Assembly: GCF_001194135.2 (NCBI RefSeq)
Contig: NC_068982.1
Location: forward strand, 51,188,305-51,252,304
Source: Octopus bimaculoides
Taxonomy: Eukaryota
Length of the DNA stretch: 64,000 nt
Direction of reading: 5' to 3'
Made by a program: the position numbers and the translations under genes. Each line of letters opens with the position of its first letter. The stretch's first letter is position 1. Shown here in pieces: positions 49,967 through 63,473 of this stretch. The notes under the pieces are model-generated. The model searched no databases and was not told where the DNA came from. It saw only the letters and a list, made by a program, of their open reading frames with translations.

Positions 49967-51502
49967 GTGAGTGCTTTTCTTTGGGATATGCTATTGTAAT
50001 TTTGAGGTAAACAATAGTATGATTTGCAATTCTGTGTTTTCTCATAAGAAAAAAATTCCCACTGTGAGAATATGAGTTTTGTAATTGATAGCATTTTAGT
50101 GGGAATTGCACTTTTCTTGAGCCTGAGAAATTGAATACTGAAATTATATCGATAGTATAGAATTTATCTGACCATTTGTTTATTCAGTAGATTTAGAGAT
50201 GTTGTGGACTGATTCTATGTTCTGATGAGTACAATAAACATAGTAAAGACATTGTAAATTCTTTCATAATTCTATCAATACAGGCCATATTTTACATTTA
50301 CAAATATATATGTATTAAAATTTAACAAGCACACCACTTGGTTTTACAAGTGGCATCTAATAATAGAAACATGGCCAGAGCCCTAATGATTCAAATACAT
50401 TATATAAAATTGCTTAAATTTTCAACTATGCAATTGTAAGATAATAAATAAGAATAGAAAGTAATGATGAATATATAAATTTTCACTTTATAAGAGTCAT
50501 TCTTATCAAACAATCTATTATTGTGTACAACTTTCAATACAGCATAAAATAAACAAAATCAAATGCATCCAGTTTCATACTAAAACCATTTTTGTTCATT
50601 GCAAAGTTAAACATAGAAAAGATACAGAAACACTATGACTTGAAGGTACTGTCTGATTGAAAATTTGAGTAATAATCAATCTTAGAACTTACCTGCAATA
50701 TCTAATCTCTTTGAATAAAATTTGTCTCTCATCTTCATATTGCCTTTATAATTCTCTCTTCTGAAAGGCAACTTTTTTTTTTATCACTTATATCTGTTAA
50801 CGTAAAATCATTGTCCTTTTTCTGAAAAGTAGTCAAATATGAAAGCAAGTTCCGTTGATTTTTTTCTTCATTTCAAGCAGTTATATAAGTTTCCAATATG
50901 TATTCCTTTTCTGAAATTAGTTTGTGGTACAAAAACAATTCCTTGTTTTAATTTTTCCATTTGTCATTAATCTAGAAATAATATATGAGACATCTCTATA
51001 TCATCATCATCATCATTACCATCATTATCATATTTTTTCCAACATTGTAGTGATTGTCTCTATCATGAACAAGTCCTCTCGACTCTATACACTCATACTT
51101 TCCTATCACCATTGAATTTATAGCATAGACTCAGTACCATTCCACTAGAACTAGAGAGGTTGTTCATCGAAGAACTAAAGAGTTTTCTCTATATTACATA
51201 ATTCTTATATTGAGTTTCTACTTTCCTTGACATGACTCTCCATTGTGTTGGGAGGAGGTTTCTCTAACTAGAGGCTCACAGTGGAAATCTAGCACCATTG
51301 AGAACAATAGTTATCTATGTCATGTGGAGGGAGGACCAGTTATAGATACTACCAGGATTAAATAGTGACACTACTTTCCAAGAATCCTATAGAAGCCCTG
51401 AATAAAAGTTGACTGAGGTTTTTAGTCAAGGTTCCCGCTCCTAAACAAATTGTCTTTGCTTTAGCTTGTTGAGTCCAGTTCCCTGTGCAATTATGGCAGA
51501 AC

Positions 51503-51540
<38 letters not shown>

Positions 51541-52080
51541 CTGGGTTTGTTCAATCAACTTGTACATAAGAAATCACAACTCTCCATGCTGAAAGAGGAA
51601 ATTAAGCTACTATAGGAGATGTTGGTCAAAGATGGCTGGAAAAAAGGTTTGCCTCAGCTTTGTAGGTAGAGTGGGGGGTAGAAACTTTGGCTAATAACTG
51701 TTCTCCTCAGATTTTGTTGGTTAGTAAATGGGTTGGGTATGAGCACTTGTCAGCCTGTGTAGAAGAATTTATAATAGTAATTTCAAAATATATATTTAAA
51801 ATTAAATTTGACTTGTGTAGAATTATTTGAATTAGCTCAATTAAGAATGGATTAATTGTGAGAGGTACTAATACAAAGAAAACAGCTTTCCATCTATATG
51901 TTATGATCAAAACAGTAGTAAAAGCTCACAAATTCTATTGAACCTGTCAGTTATTCTGATTCAGCCAGTATGAAGTAAACCTAAAGAACTTCTTGAGAAG
52001 GTTTTTCAAACAAGTGATAAATTACAAAATTTTAATTTTAGATTAGTAGCTAGAAGTTTTTTTATGAATATGTGTATGTG

Positions 52081-52415
52081 TGTGGCCATAGCATCTCTGG
52101 ATGTTTAAGAAGGTTATACTTTGCTCTCACACAATTCCAGGTTCAATTCCTCTATATGGCATCTTGGACAAGTGTCTTTTTCCATAGCCTCAGGTCAGCA
52201 CTAGCTTGTGAGTGAAATTGGAACAATGAAAGTTGCGTGAAAGTCTTTGGGATTGTTAATATAATTCAAAGATCCAACTTTGTGTGATGTTGATTCTACC
52301 TGAGGATTGCAGTAAGAGTCCACGTGTCTGTTGAATGTTCAGTCATATGTTAATTCACTTAGCAAGTAATTTGATTGACCAGACAACTGAGTACTTATCA
52401 TCGTAACCAACCCAA
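52081..52415 (+). mobile_element. Diverged composite SINE
   Basis: CORE-like ggcatcttggacaagtgtc head; 3' part homologous to the 10577-10700 SINE body. Confidence 0.6.
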
Positions 52416-52429
52416 CTGAGTTACCTCTA

Positions 52430-52470
52430 TATATACATATGTAGTATATGTACATATGTGGTCGTGTGTG

Positions 52471-52504
<34 letters not shown>

Positions 52505-52609
52505 ATATATATATATATATATGTATNNNNNNNNNNNNNNNNNNNNNNNNNNNNNNNNNNNNNNNNNNNNNNNNNNNNNNNNNNNNNNNNNNNNNNNNNN
52601 NNNNNNNNN

Positions 52610-52693
<84 letters not shown>

Positions 52694-52902
52694 CATACAT
52701 ATATATGTATGTGTATGTGTACATGTATATATATATGTATATGTACGTACGTATATGTATATATATATATGTATGTATATCATATGCATGTATAAGTATA
52801 TATGTGTGTGTGTATGTGTATATGTATATATATGTATGTACATGTATGTAGGTGTATGTGTATGTATGTATGTATATGTGTATGTATATATGTATATGTG
52901 TA
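52430..52902. repeat. (TA)n compound microsatellite with gap at 52527-52609
   Basis: Direct inspection. Confidence 0.97.
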
Positions 52903-52904
52903 TA

Positions 52905-53515
52905 CAAGGTCTGATCAATAAGTATCCAGACTATTGCCGTTGTAAAGAAGCTAAAGCACATAGTAAAGCCACTTGGCAAAGATTGACCTTGAACTTTGCT
53001 ATGCATGTACACTAAGTTCTGACATTCTGGCTCACTTCTGCTGTTTACAGCAGTGCTTGGAAGGAAAGTGTGTAGTGTGTGATCATTGCTTTGACCATGA
53101 CAGAGAAAGTTATCAAGGTGATACCTGCTCGAAAGCCTACTCAAAGTTGCAGAAAGTGTATGAGCTGCACACAAGTGTATGAGTGGTTCAGGCATTTCAA
53201 AGATGGCCGCAAAAATGTCGATACTCACAAATGTTATGGGAGACCCACAACCAGCAGAACTAAGAAAAACATTGCAGATGTGCGCACAGCTGTGAGGGGA
53301 AATCATTGAATCACCATCTGTGAGTTATAAGAGGATGTGCAGATTAGTTACGGTTCAGTTCAGTCCATTATCACCAAAGATTTGGGTATGAGACACGTGT
53401 CTGCCAAGTTTGTGTCAAAACTACTTTCAGCTGACCAAAAAGACACTCACGTTTCAGTTGCACAAGATCTCCTTGATTGTGTCAAGAATGATGAAAACTT
53501 TTTTAAAACTTTGCA
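52905..53515 (+). mobile_element. 3'-truncated mariner element
   Basis: TA|CAAGGTCTGATCAATAAGTATCC end; [35 protein letters not shown] motifs with stops; ends before the first catalytic Asp. Confidence 0.85.
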
Positions 53516-55129
53516 TAGGCTTCTAATGATGTCATTTGCTTGCTATCTACTGTAAAAGCAAATCTAGGTTAATCATCATCACATCTCTACTTTTATAACA
53601 ATAATCTCTTGCTAAATGTATCCCCTGGTATTACTATAAAATTCATATACATCCAGTGGATTGATTATTCTCCACACATTTACACAATTAATTACATTGA
53701 CCATGTTACATCAGAATTTAGTAAAGATGAACTTGGCAATTGAATTATTGATTGAATTTGCAGTAAGTACTACTGGTGCTGCCCCTTCAATATTCTTTTA
53801 ATTTCTATTAAAGGAAATGTTGCCCTATATTATCCTATTAATTAATTCTATATAGGAATATATTATATTTAACTTTGCTTTATGATGTACAGAAATATCA
53901 TGAGTGAGTCATAGTTGTTTCCTTCTCAATAATTTTCTGACAATTTCCACAATTATAGGAAAGTTAATAGTTAATCCAATCTATATACACAACAACTAAT
54001 ACTTAAACATCTCAGAAACAAAAATGCTAGTTGCTTTTGAATACCTTTCAGCTAATTTAATGAGCTAGCAGCTTTACTTTTTAAGTTACCATTTAAGAGA
54101 CTTTGTTATTACTTCGGTTTAACTGTCATAACAGCCTTTGAGCAAGAGTGTTCTGTTGACAGTTTTCTATCATTCACTCAAGATTTCACCTATACCTTCT
54201 GCACTCGTTATTGAATGAACAGCATATGAGATATACTTTTTCTTATTTTTTTAGTAACAATTTGAGGAAAAATGAACTGTTACCTAAGTCAATGTTGAAG
54301 ATATAATAACTCTTACCAGATTTCCAGATATACAATATTTACCATTCTAATTTGAGTTATCTACTCATCAGAATTCATCTTACAACTGAATGTAATCCAG
54401 CAAAAGAGCAAACTAATATTCATGGTAACCAACTAAATTCAAACAGAGAGCTTTTTATGGAAATTTTCCTGTTTTAATTACCCCAGTAACATATTACAAG
54501 TACTTATTCTCTTGCAGAATGACAAACAATCTTGACATATTTTGATTTGAAAATTTTGTGGAATTGGTATAAATTATCAATTCCCTGTTATTATGAATTA
54601 TCTATTCTAGTATTCTGTTCTTCTTTGTTAATATATTTTATTTAGCAACCAGCATATATTAAAGAATTCATTTTTAATAATTATTTTATTTTTAAAGTTT
54701 TTAATCTTGTTTCCACAGATAGAAAAAAGGAAAAGCACTATAAAAATAGCAATAACTCTTATAGTAATAGGTTCATGATTAAATAAAATAGACAATTCAA
54801 GATAATAATATCTTAGTTAAGTAAAATGTCCAAGATTTTTTTTTTCAAATTGCTTGTTTCATGTGCCCACAACCACTATGGCAGTTTCTGTAAATATTCA
54901 TACAAACAGGTGGTAACATATATGTAAATATATTACTAATAAGAATACCATAAGGAATGAATATCACTTCCAATTCTTAGCTAAATGATTTATATCAAGA
55001 AAGTATCCAGTTTAAACCCTTAGTCAAACATTAAAATTACAAATCCATTAAATTCATATTAATAAGAAAATAAAATGTTTAAAAATTTGCCATTAGTTGT
55101 AAACTTTTAACTCATCTAACATAAACATG

Positions 55130-56316
55130 CTGCAGGACTCCTTATCTTCTGAACTTCATGGCACTTGAAGTCAGCTGACTATCTCTGGTAGTTACTATGC
55201 TTCACTCCTATGCCACCTGAGATAGCTAAGCTGAAAACTGAAATCTCTGTCTTAGATATGTCCATTTATATCCCTCAAAACCAAAGCCACAACTCCAAAT
55301 CTTGCAGGTGATTCACACATAGCCGTAGTACTGGAAAAGAGCATGGCTTATAGCATCTTAAGTGAGTGTGCTATAAGGGGTTTATATCTCCTTATGGCAC
55401 ACTCACTTCCAGTGCATGAATGACTATTTTATTTACCACTGCAACTCCTGTGAGACTTCTATCCAAAAAGTAAATGTACTTTTGTGCATCATATAATCTG
55501 CAAGTTCTCGCACTTTTCAAACTACAGCCAGACCAACTGCTCCCTTACTAAGATCTCTACTAACTTAGCAGAATCCTTCTATTCAACATTTCCCAACCAA
55601 GATGGCTCTATAAGCAGTACTGCTATGTAGACAGTTTCCACTAACTCCACAATGCATTCCTTCTTCATTCCACAGATCTCACCATCATAAGTGCACTTTT
55701 CAAACCAACATGGCCACTGATTCCAAAAATTCTTCTTTTGTTATTCTTCATTAGAGAATTAATTGTCCCACTATTCTTGTTGAATTCAAATGCAAATGAG
55801 ATCTACAGTGGCACACTGCTCCACTTCTGGAGCAGTGCTGTTGCCCAAATATAGACGTATACATTCAGAAGAAAGCCAACCTTAATGACCTGTATGGAAT
55901 TACTCACTGATACACTCAACCACTAACCTACAAGCACACCGTTTCCTCAAATTAATGTTTCTGTTGCTACTGCAATGGCCTCTTCTTTGAGCTGACTGGT
56001 TGTGAATCACATCCATTCAGCTTACACATCTCTTTGAAGTTTTCTCCCCACTTTTGCTTTTCTTTAAGTTATTGACTAACTTAACAACTGTTCAAGATGA
56101 ACATCAACCATATTAATGTCAGTAGTCTGAGATTGTCAGCAATGATCATGAGTGCTTCCTTCTTCCTGAAGAAGCAATTAAAAAGCTTTTCACTGTTTCT
56201 CTCTCTTCAGACATAATCCACTACAAAGAAGAGCACCTCTCTGACCCTGCCAACTGTTGCCTTGTGTGTCTCATTTCTAACATCTCAAAAAATAATTGAA
56301 GCAGTCATTTCCCCAA

Positions 56317-56320
<4 letters not shown>
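55130..56320 (+). mobile_element. Decayed CR1/L2-group LINE
   Basis: Fragments such as TYIQKKA..., QPLTYKH..., CYCNG parallel the 4290 and 8270 remnants. Confidence 0.4.
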
Positions 56321-56408
<88 letters not shown>

Positions 56409-56425
56409 TCTCTCCTTCTCACTCT
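56318..56425. repeat. (CT)n microsatellite; others include (CT)n 14463-14530, (CAT)n near 23597-23629, (ATT)n near 37266-37312
   Basis: Direct inspection. Confidence 0.95.
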
Positions 56426-56809
56426 CTATAACCACTAACTAGTACACTTTCTTTAGAGCCCGTCTACCCTTGAGAAGTTTGCCAAAAGCAATGTCATTGC
56501 ATATGACCACAGCAAATCTCAAAACTAACTGCAGACTTAAGGATTTCATTTGTGTCATCTTATGGACTGGATACTTCCTGTCATTTCATACCATTCCTGC
56601 ATGTACTCACTGAGATCTTAGTGACACACAGTTTATCAACTCTGGTGTACCCTAAAATTTGACTGTGACCTCGACAACCTTCCTTTTGTACATTAACCAG
56701 TTTGCTATCAGCCCTAAAAATCACTAACTTCTGTGTAGATGATATCACTTTGCATTACTCCTTAACTTTCAATACACTGGTATCACACACTCACACAACT
56801 GGCTTCTTT

Positions 56810-56947
56810 CAGTTTCTATCTGCTAAACCCACACACAAGGCTTTTTCAGTCCAGGACTCTAGTAGACATACTCAAAGTGCCATGTAGTGGGACTGAACCT
56901 AAAACCATGTGACTGGGAAGCATGCTTCATAACCACATAGCCATGTT
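56810..56947 (-). mobile_element. CORE-type SINE head fragment
   Basis: Reverse complement of gacatactcaaagtgccatgtagtgggactgaacc...aaccacatagccatg matches the 12351 head. Confidence 0.7.
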
Positions 56948-58079
56948 TTAGGAAATACTCATACTCTACATCTAAATTACTACAAAGCTTAAGAAATATC
57001 CGCAAAGGAGTACTGCTGCTCTATACACAAATATTTTGCACCACATCTAAAAGCTCATCCCCTACTGATAAGCAAATACTCACTAACACTCTACAACTTC
57101 TGGCTCATAGACATGTGGCCTCCTCTCTCTACTTATCCTATTGCTACCAAGAAACATCTGCTCTTCTGAGTTACCTAAATTTATATCACCTCTACACAGA
57201 CCTATAAAATAGTTTTCAGATCTACTTTCCTATCTGAAAAAAGTTTGGTGATCTAAATACAATATTTTAAAAATCATTATTTTCAAAGTCTCCAAAGCAT
57301 GCATTTCCTTTCTGCATAGAGTTAAGAAAATATTCTTAAAAATTCAAATTTACAAAGTAAATTTACAAAGTTCAGTACATTTGTATAAATATGTAATAAT
57401 GGTGGGAAATTATTTTTGATAAGTGAAAAAACCTTTCCAAATTTTTTTTTTTTTTAATATTGGTGTCTTACTTGAAAAGAAAAAAAAACAAAGTTTCATC
57501 ATGATTTTATTTTCAACAGATTATAAAATATCCTGAAATAATAATAATTTGCCAATTGATCCCTATAATGATATACATCTGTCATGATCATTTATAGACA
57601 AAATTCCTTTTATTATTTTTTGTCTTTTATTTCCACTTATCTGGCTTTATAAGAGTGCAATCAATACCAAAATGTCATCTTATTCGAAAACGATTTTTTT
57701 TGTAGTGTGAATTTTTTATATACCATACTATAGTACTGTTTTAAGGAAAATTCTGCAAACTATGCCTAAAATCACATTGGCATTTAAATTGATTTAAAGT
57801 CATTCAAATTAATTTAAGATAAGCAATGCACTATTTTAAGTTTTCAATTTTTTTATGGACAGATATTTAGATATAAAATGGGTAATACAAAACCACTGCT
57901 TTGGCTTTAAGAATTTCAAAAATTTAAACATGCATGCATCCAAAAAATTAGACATGCATGCTCCCATTTCCTTTCCTTTCCAATACCACCCTCCTCACTG
58001 GAGTCACCCAAATAGCCAGCACTTCTGCTATACTCATTTACTATTTAATATGCTCCTTTTGTAATTCCCTATATACTAA

Positions 58080-59318
58080 ACATTTGTCTTGATAATGATT
58101 CTTTTACTGCATGCTATTTCTGTTCTACAAATCACTCCACCAAATATCTCTACATGTTCGGTATAACTCTGTGCAGAAGTTCCCTAAACTCTCCTCGACA
58201 ATGTGAACATGAACTTATTTTCAGTTTTCAAGTTTTCTTAGACACCATACACATATACACATTACTTTATCATATAGCCAATCCCTAAAATCCATCCCTA
58301 CCTCACTCTATCCACCCTTCTTTCTATTTTTTTTTTCTTTTCTCTACTTTTACCAATTAACAGCCACCTCTCCTACCATTCTGTTATTGAACATTGATAT
58401 GTTCGCGTTTTTTTCTTGAGATGTCTACTATATAAGGACTTTAACCCACATGGATATATGCAGTATTGCACCTAAAGAATTACACTCATGGATATATGCA
58501 GGATTGCACCTAAGGGCTCATGCTTTGGTTTCTATGTATTTGGAAAGTTGAACTATGAACTTTTATGCCTCTTTTTTCTTCTTTCTTTCCATCTCCATAT
58601 TCTCTTACTCCTTTCCTCTATGTTATCATCTTATTGATATATACCATTCTCATTTTCCATATTTTTTCCCCAATTTATCTCTGATGATGGAATATCCCAT
58701 ACTCAAGGATATCCCAGAAACAGCTGTAAGATTTTGAATTTCTTCCTGTAATAATATCGTATATGACTTGAGATGTTTGCCTTGCCTTAATGTTTGATGC
58801 CCTGTTTAACAATTATATATCCGCTGCATCGGAAATCTGCAATGGCTTCATAACTACTGTCTCAGCTGTAACCTTGGAGCCCCAGTGGTCCGTTACAGCA
58901 CTTACCTAGTGTAGCTAATCGTTTAGATCCCTTGTGAACTAAGCCCTCATACAAATGACATATAGTGATAGAAAATGAGATAACACATTTTCTGTCACTA
59001 TATGTAATTTTTTAATTACTGATATGACATAATATGTCACATGTGTTTGTATATTGTTATTATTGTCCTTTTAGTAATCTAAAATAAACAAATTGACACA
59101 ATACAGTGTCTGCAAGTTGATGAATACTACCTATTCCCCTCCATTTTCTTATTGCTATATAAATTAATGGTAAAATATCTTTTTACCCTCACCCATTTAT
59201 TGCACATTGTAATGCAAGGAAAAAAACACTAGTGTAATAATAATTGGGTATTCTTCCAGCAGTATATTGGATAGATGTTATCCCTTAGTGGGTTGGATTC
59301 ACAACCCCTAACTATCTT

Positions 59319-59325
<7 letters not shown>
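58080..59325 (+). mobile_element. Penelope-like element 3' remnant with pLTR
   Basis: GIY-YIG C-terminus-like LYMFGITLCRSSLNSPRQCEHELIFSFQVF near 58150-58240, 27-bp direct repeats at 58449-58475 and 58487-58513, hammerhead at 58677, homology to 1555-2105, ends at (TA)n. Confidence 0.6.
58677..58732 (+). ncRNA. Minimal type-I hammerhead ribozyme motif
   Basis: AUCU-CUGAUGA-UGGAAUAUCC-CAUACUCAA-GGAUAUCCCA-GAAA-C-AGCU-G-UA-AGAU; intact core, palindromic AGCU loop on stem III, GUA cleavage triplet. Confidence 0.8.
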
Positions 59326-59378
<53 letters not shown>

Positions 59379-59777
59379 GTATATTATGTGGATGATATTT
59401 TCAATCAAGACGGTATAACTGTATCAGATTCTTCAAGTGCGTCAACTCTGTGTATGTACATTTATTTACTAGATTGCTGACATTTAGCAATAGTTTCTTC
59501 CATTGTGTTAACGTGCCGTTTTCTATCATTAATAAAACTGTTGATGTCTTTGACAATATAGGTATGCTAGCAAATGTATATTATACATACTTTTGGTGTA
59601 TAGAATACTACCAGATTTTGACATTAAGTTTTTGAATGAAAATTATTTCTTATACACTAAAAAATGCAGTGTGTGCACATGTACACACACACACACACAC
59701 ACACAATATATATATATATACATACATCCATATATACATACATACGTACGTACATGCATGCATATATATATATATAT

Positions 59778-61150
59778 ATCATCATCATCATCATTTAACA
59801 TCCGTTTTAACAATGCTGACATGGGTTGGATGGTTCGACTGGTGTCTGGGAAGCCAGGAGGCTGTACCAGGTTCCAATCTGATCTGCCAGTGTTTCTACA
59901 GCTGGTTGCCCTTCCTAACGTCAACCACTCTGAGAGTGTAGTGGGTGCTTTTTATGTGCCACCAACACAGGGAGCTAGACAGGCAGTGCTGGCATCAGCC
60001 ACAGCTACAATTTCCATTTGATTGTGGTTTGATTTGATTTTGATGTTAATGATGATGTACTTGACTCAATAGGTCTCTTCAAGCATGGCATGATGCCCTA
60101 CGATCCAAAGGTACTTTTTGAATGGGCTGGTTATGCAACACTGGTGTAGGCTACAGTTGTGATCTCACTTTATTTTCTAAGTCTTCTCAGTCACAACATA
60201 TCTCCAGAGGTCTCGGTCTTTTGTCATTGCCTCACCACTTCATCCCATGTCTTCCTGGGTCTCCCTCCACCACGGGTTCTTTCCACTGGTTGGGAGTAGC
60301 ACTTCTTCACACAGCTCTCCTCATCCATCCATGGTACATGACCATACCAGTGCAGACATCTCTCTTGCACACCACATCTGATGCCTCTTATGTCCAACAT
60401 TTCTCTCAGGGTGCTTACACTTTGTCGTGTGTGCACACTGACATTATACATCCAGCAGATCATGCTAGCTTCATTTCTTTCAAGCCTACACATTTCTTCA
60501 GCAGTCACGGCCCATGTTTCACTGCCATGAAGCATGACAGTTCGCACATATGCATCGTACAATCTACCTTTCACTCTGAACAAGAGGCCCTTTGTCACCA
60601 GTAGGGGTAGAAGCTGTCTGAACTAAGCCCAGGCTATTCTGATTTTAGCAGTAACACTCTCTGAGCATCCACCCCACTACAGACTTGGTTGCCTAGGTAG
60701 CAAAAGCTATCAACTACTTCTAGTTTCCCCCCACTGGCATGTGATGGGACCTGTTTTCTGAGCATCTGTGGTGTTTACTGCCCCTGTGCATCTGCTGCAC
60801 ACGAAAGCTATCTTTCCGTTTAATCTTCCTTTGATGTTGCTGCACCTCTTATGCATCCATAGCTTACATTGGATATATCTTATGAAGTTTCTACCTACAC
60901 CTTTTCTACAGATCAAGCAGGGCCACCTACCTGAAGGGTTGTGTGATGTGTTCGCCTTCCTACTTACTAGGACTTTGGTCTTTGCAACATTGACTCTAAG
61001 GCCCTTCGATTCTAAACCTTGCTTCCACACCTGAAATTTCTTCTCTAGTTCTGGTAGTGATTCTGATATGAGGGCCAGGTCATCAGCATAGAGGAGCTTC
61101 AAGGGGCAACCTGTCTTGAATTTCTCTGTTATTGCCTGGAGGATTATGAT
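59778..61150 (-). mobile_element. 5'-truncated RTE-clade LINE (RT YADD, PHD-like insert, C-terminal domain, 3' UTR, (GAT)n tail)
   Basis: LLYADDLAL...GLRVNVAKTKV (60710-61180 ORF); RTVMLHGSETW...WYGHV...GRPRKTW (60224-60598 ORF); (CAT)n at 59778-59794. Confidence 0.92.
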
Positions 61151-63429
61151 ATATATATTAAATACACAAAGCATATACATTAGTAAGTTTATTCAATAAT
61201 ATTTATTACACTAGAGCTGCTTTTACTTCATATATATGTAACATTTATGACTGGATACAGGCTTTATTTCATATACACATGAATTTTGAGTTCATCCACT
61301 ATATATCAATTGGGTAAATGTCTTCCATTACAGCCTCAGACTAACCAATGCCTTATGAGTGGAATTTTGACAGAAACTCTATGAAAGTCATTCATAAGAG
61401 TGTGTGTGTGTACATGAATGTTTAAATTCTTTGTCTCAGGATGAAATCATATGAGCAAAATTATGATGCTATGTTTTAGATTCTTGTAAACAATGCATCC
61501 AGAATCTCTGCATGTTTAAAGAATAGTGGAGTAAAATATTACTTACTTGAAAAGACTTGCTGGATAAGACTTGCAGCAGGAAAGGTATCCAGCTATAAAG
61601 ATAATTACCTGATCCATTGCCAGCACAAAGAATGCTATTAGTTACAGCAGCTACCTTGCATGAAAGAAATACTTAACCCTAAAAGTAAGCTGTCTCTTGA
61701 ACACTTGAAAATAAATCTGTTTTGAATAGATGTATGTTGTAACTTTCAAAATCCATAAAGTACTTTTTGAGCTATTTGGACCAAAAACCATCTCAGATTG
61801 TTTAAAAAAGCAGTCTTGTTGTCGTAAGCCTGGTCTAGAGATGCTCTTGGTCTTCTCAATTATTAATGTAATATTCTGCATACTTGGTCACTTTTCTGAT
61901 TCGTTGATACTGAATTTGAACTTGCATGTCTCCTTTGGTTTTAGTTGGGCAATACACTTCTCTCATTTATGTAAACACACAGGCCTCTTCCTAAGTACTT
62001 ACTGGAAACTGTTCTTATATCTGTATGATCATATTTATTAGTCATCTTATGTTCTTTAGCAGTATATTTTGAAGTATGACATTGTAAAATATATCTTAAA
62101 GCTTCTTTCTTCTTAAATCATTTACATTGCATATGTTTTATTCTAATTTTCATTTTGTTCATAGTTGAGTGGTAATATGGTTTCAGTTAAATTTAAGCCA
62201 AGCATGCCATATTTATAACTGTGTTATCTATATTCTCAAATATCATAGTTTATTTTAGATATGGTTTAATAGTATCACCCGAAAGATTATATGTGTAAAC
62301 TTGTGTTCTGTCTAATAAAACAATTTTGGTATTAGGCTTCATTTGTGATATGTTTATCTTGTTTCTTAGCAATGTGTTTGCCAAAATCAACATTTACAAA
62401 GTTATCTTTAGTCTGATTTCAACTCTGTGTTAATGTCTCCATAGATTCATCAAAACAATTTTAATTTGCAAACTGGAATTGGTAATCAAAATCTAGTCAA
62501 CATTTCAATGCTTAATTTGTGGAAAAAATCTAAATCTTATTTAGGCCTAAAAATCCAATTTTATGCCTCTCTAATGAAAAAAAGATTACAAATAAATTTT
62601 CTTATATTTCTGCTCAAAGTATATTTCTGTTGCATACTTATACTTTGGTTCATGAAAAAAATTCTGAAACCTCATGCAAATCAACTGTTTGTCTATAAAC
62701 CTTAACAAAACAAACTGCTGTTTTCTGATTTGAATTCTATTACTTTTCACTTATGAAGTTGAGTCTCATAATTTTTTTTTTAAGAATCTTGCTTATTCAC
62801 CAAAAAATGCTTTAAAATGCAAGATGTTATAATTATATGGGGATTTTTATTTTACTTAGAATCCTTTGAATTCAATATCATTAAATAGTATACTTATTTT
62901 AAAATATTGTTCTTGTTATTTTAATACATTCAGAAAAGCTTATTTTACAATCTAATTTAGAACTCAGTAACAGTAGTCTCTCTTCGTGGCAAGGTGACTA
63001 TAAACATTGGTCTATTTTAGTGGCAAGATAACTATAAAATACCCTTTGTTACAGTACAAAAAAAATCATTGATAATTTCTTAATTCAGGTCCTTTCATTA
63101 ATTCAGTATTTAAAAATTCAATTAATGCTTTAAAATTGCAAATGTAAAAAGATTATGATAATTTTCATAAAATTTTTCCTATTTTTTTCTTTTGGATAAA
63201 ACTAATATTAATCCCTTTACATTTAAAAATAATTTATACACTAAAGGAAGTTATTGTGAATATTAATACTATTACTTATTAACTTCATGATTTTTATTAT
63301 TCTCTTTACGCTTTACCCAGATTCTAAAATTTAGTGAGATAACAAATAATTAATATAGAAAAATAATCGCTTATAAAATTAGACTAACACAAACAAAACT
63401 CTGTAACTCCCCCTTTTTCTTATTAACAG

Positions 63430-63473
63430 GTAATCAAATTTCTACAGGATGACCAGCTGTTGCCTTGCCACAG
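63430..63473 (+). CDS. Possible further exon VIKFLQDDQLLPCH(R/S), 44 bp, or 26 bp from a second acceptor at 63447
   Basis: Branch-like ACTAAC near 63383, ccccctttttcttattaacAG, donor CAG|GTATGA; frame and gene membership unproven. Confidence 0.3.
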
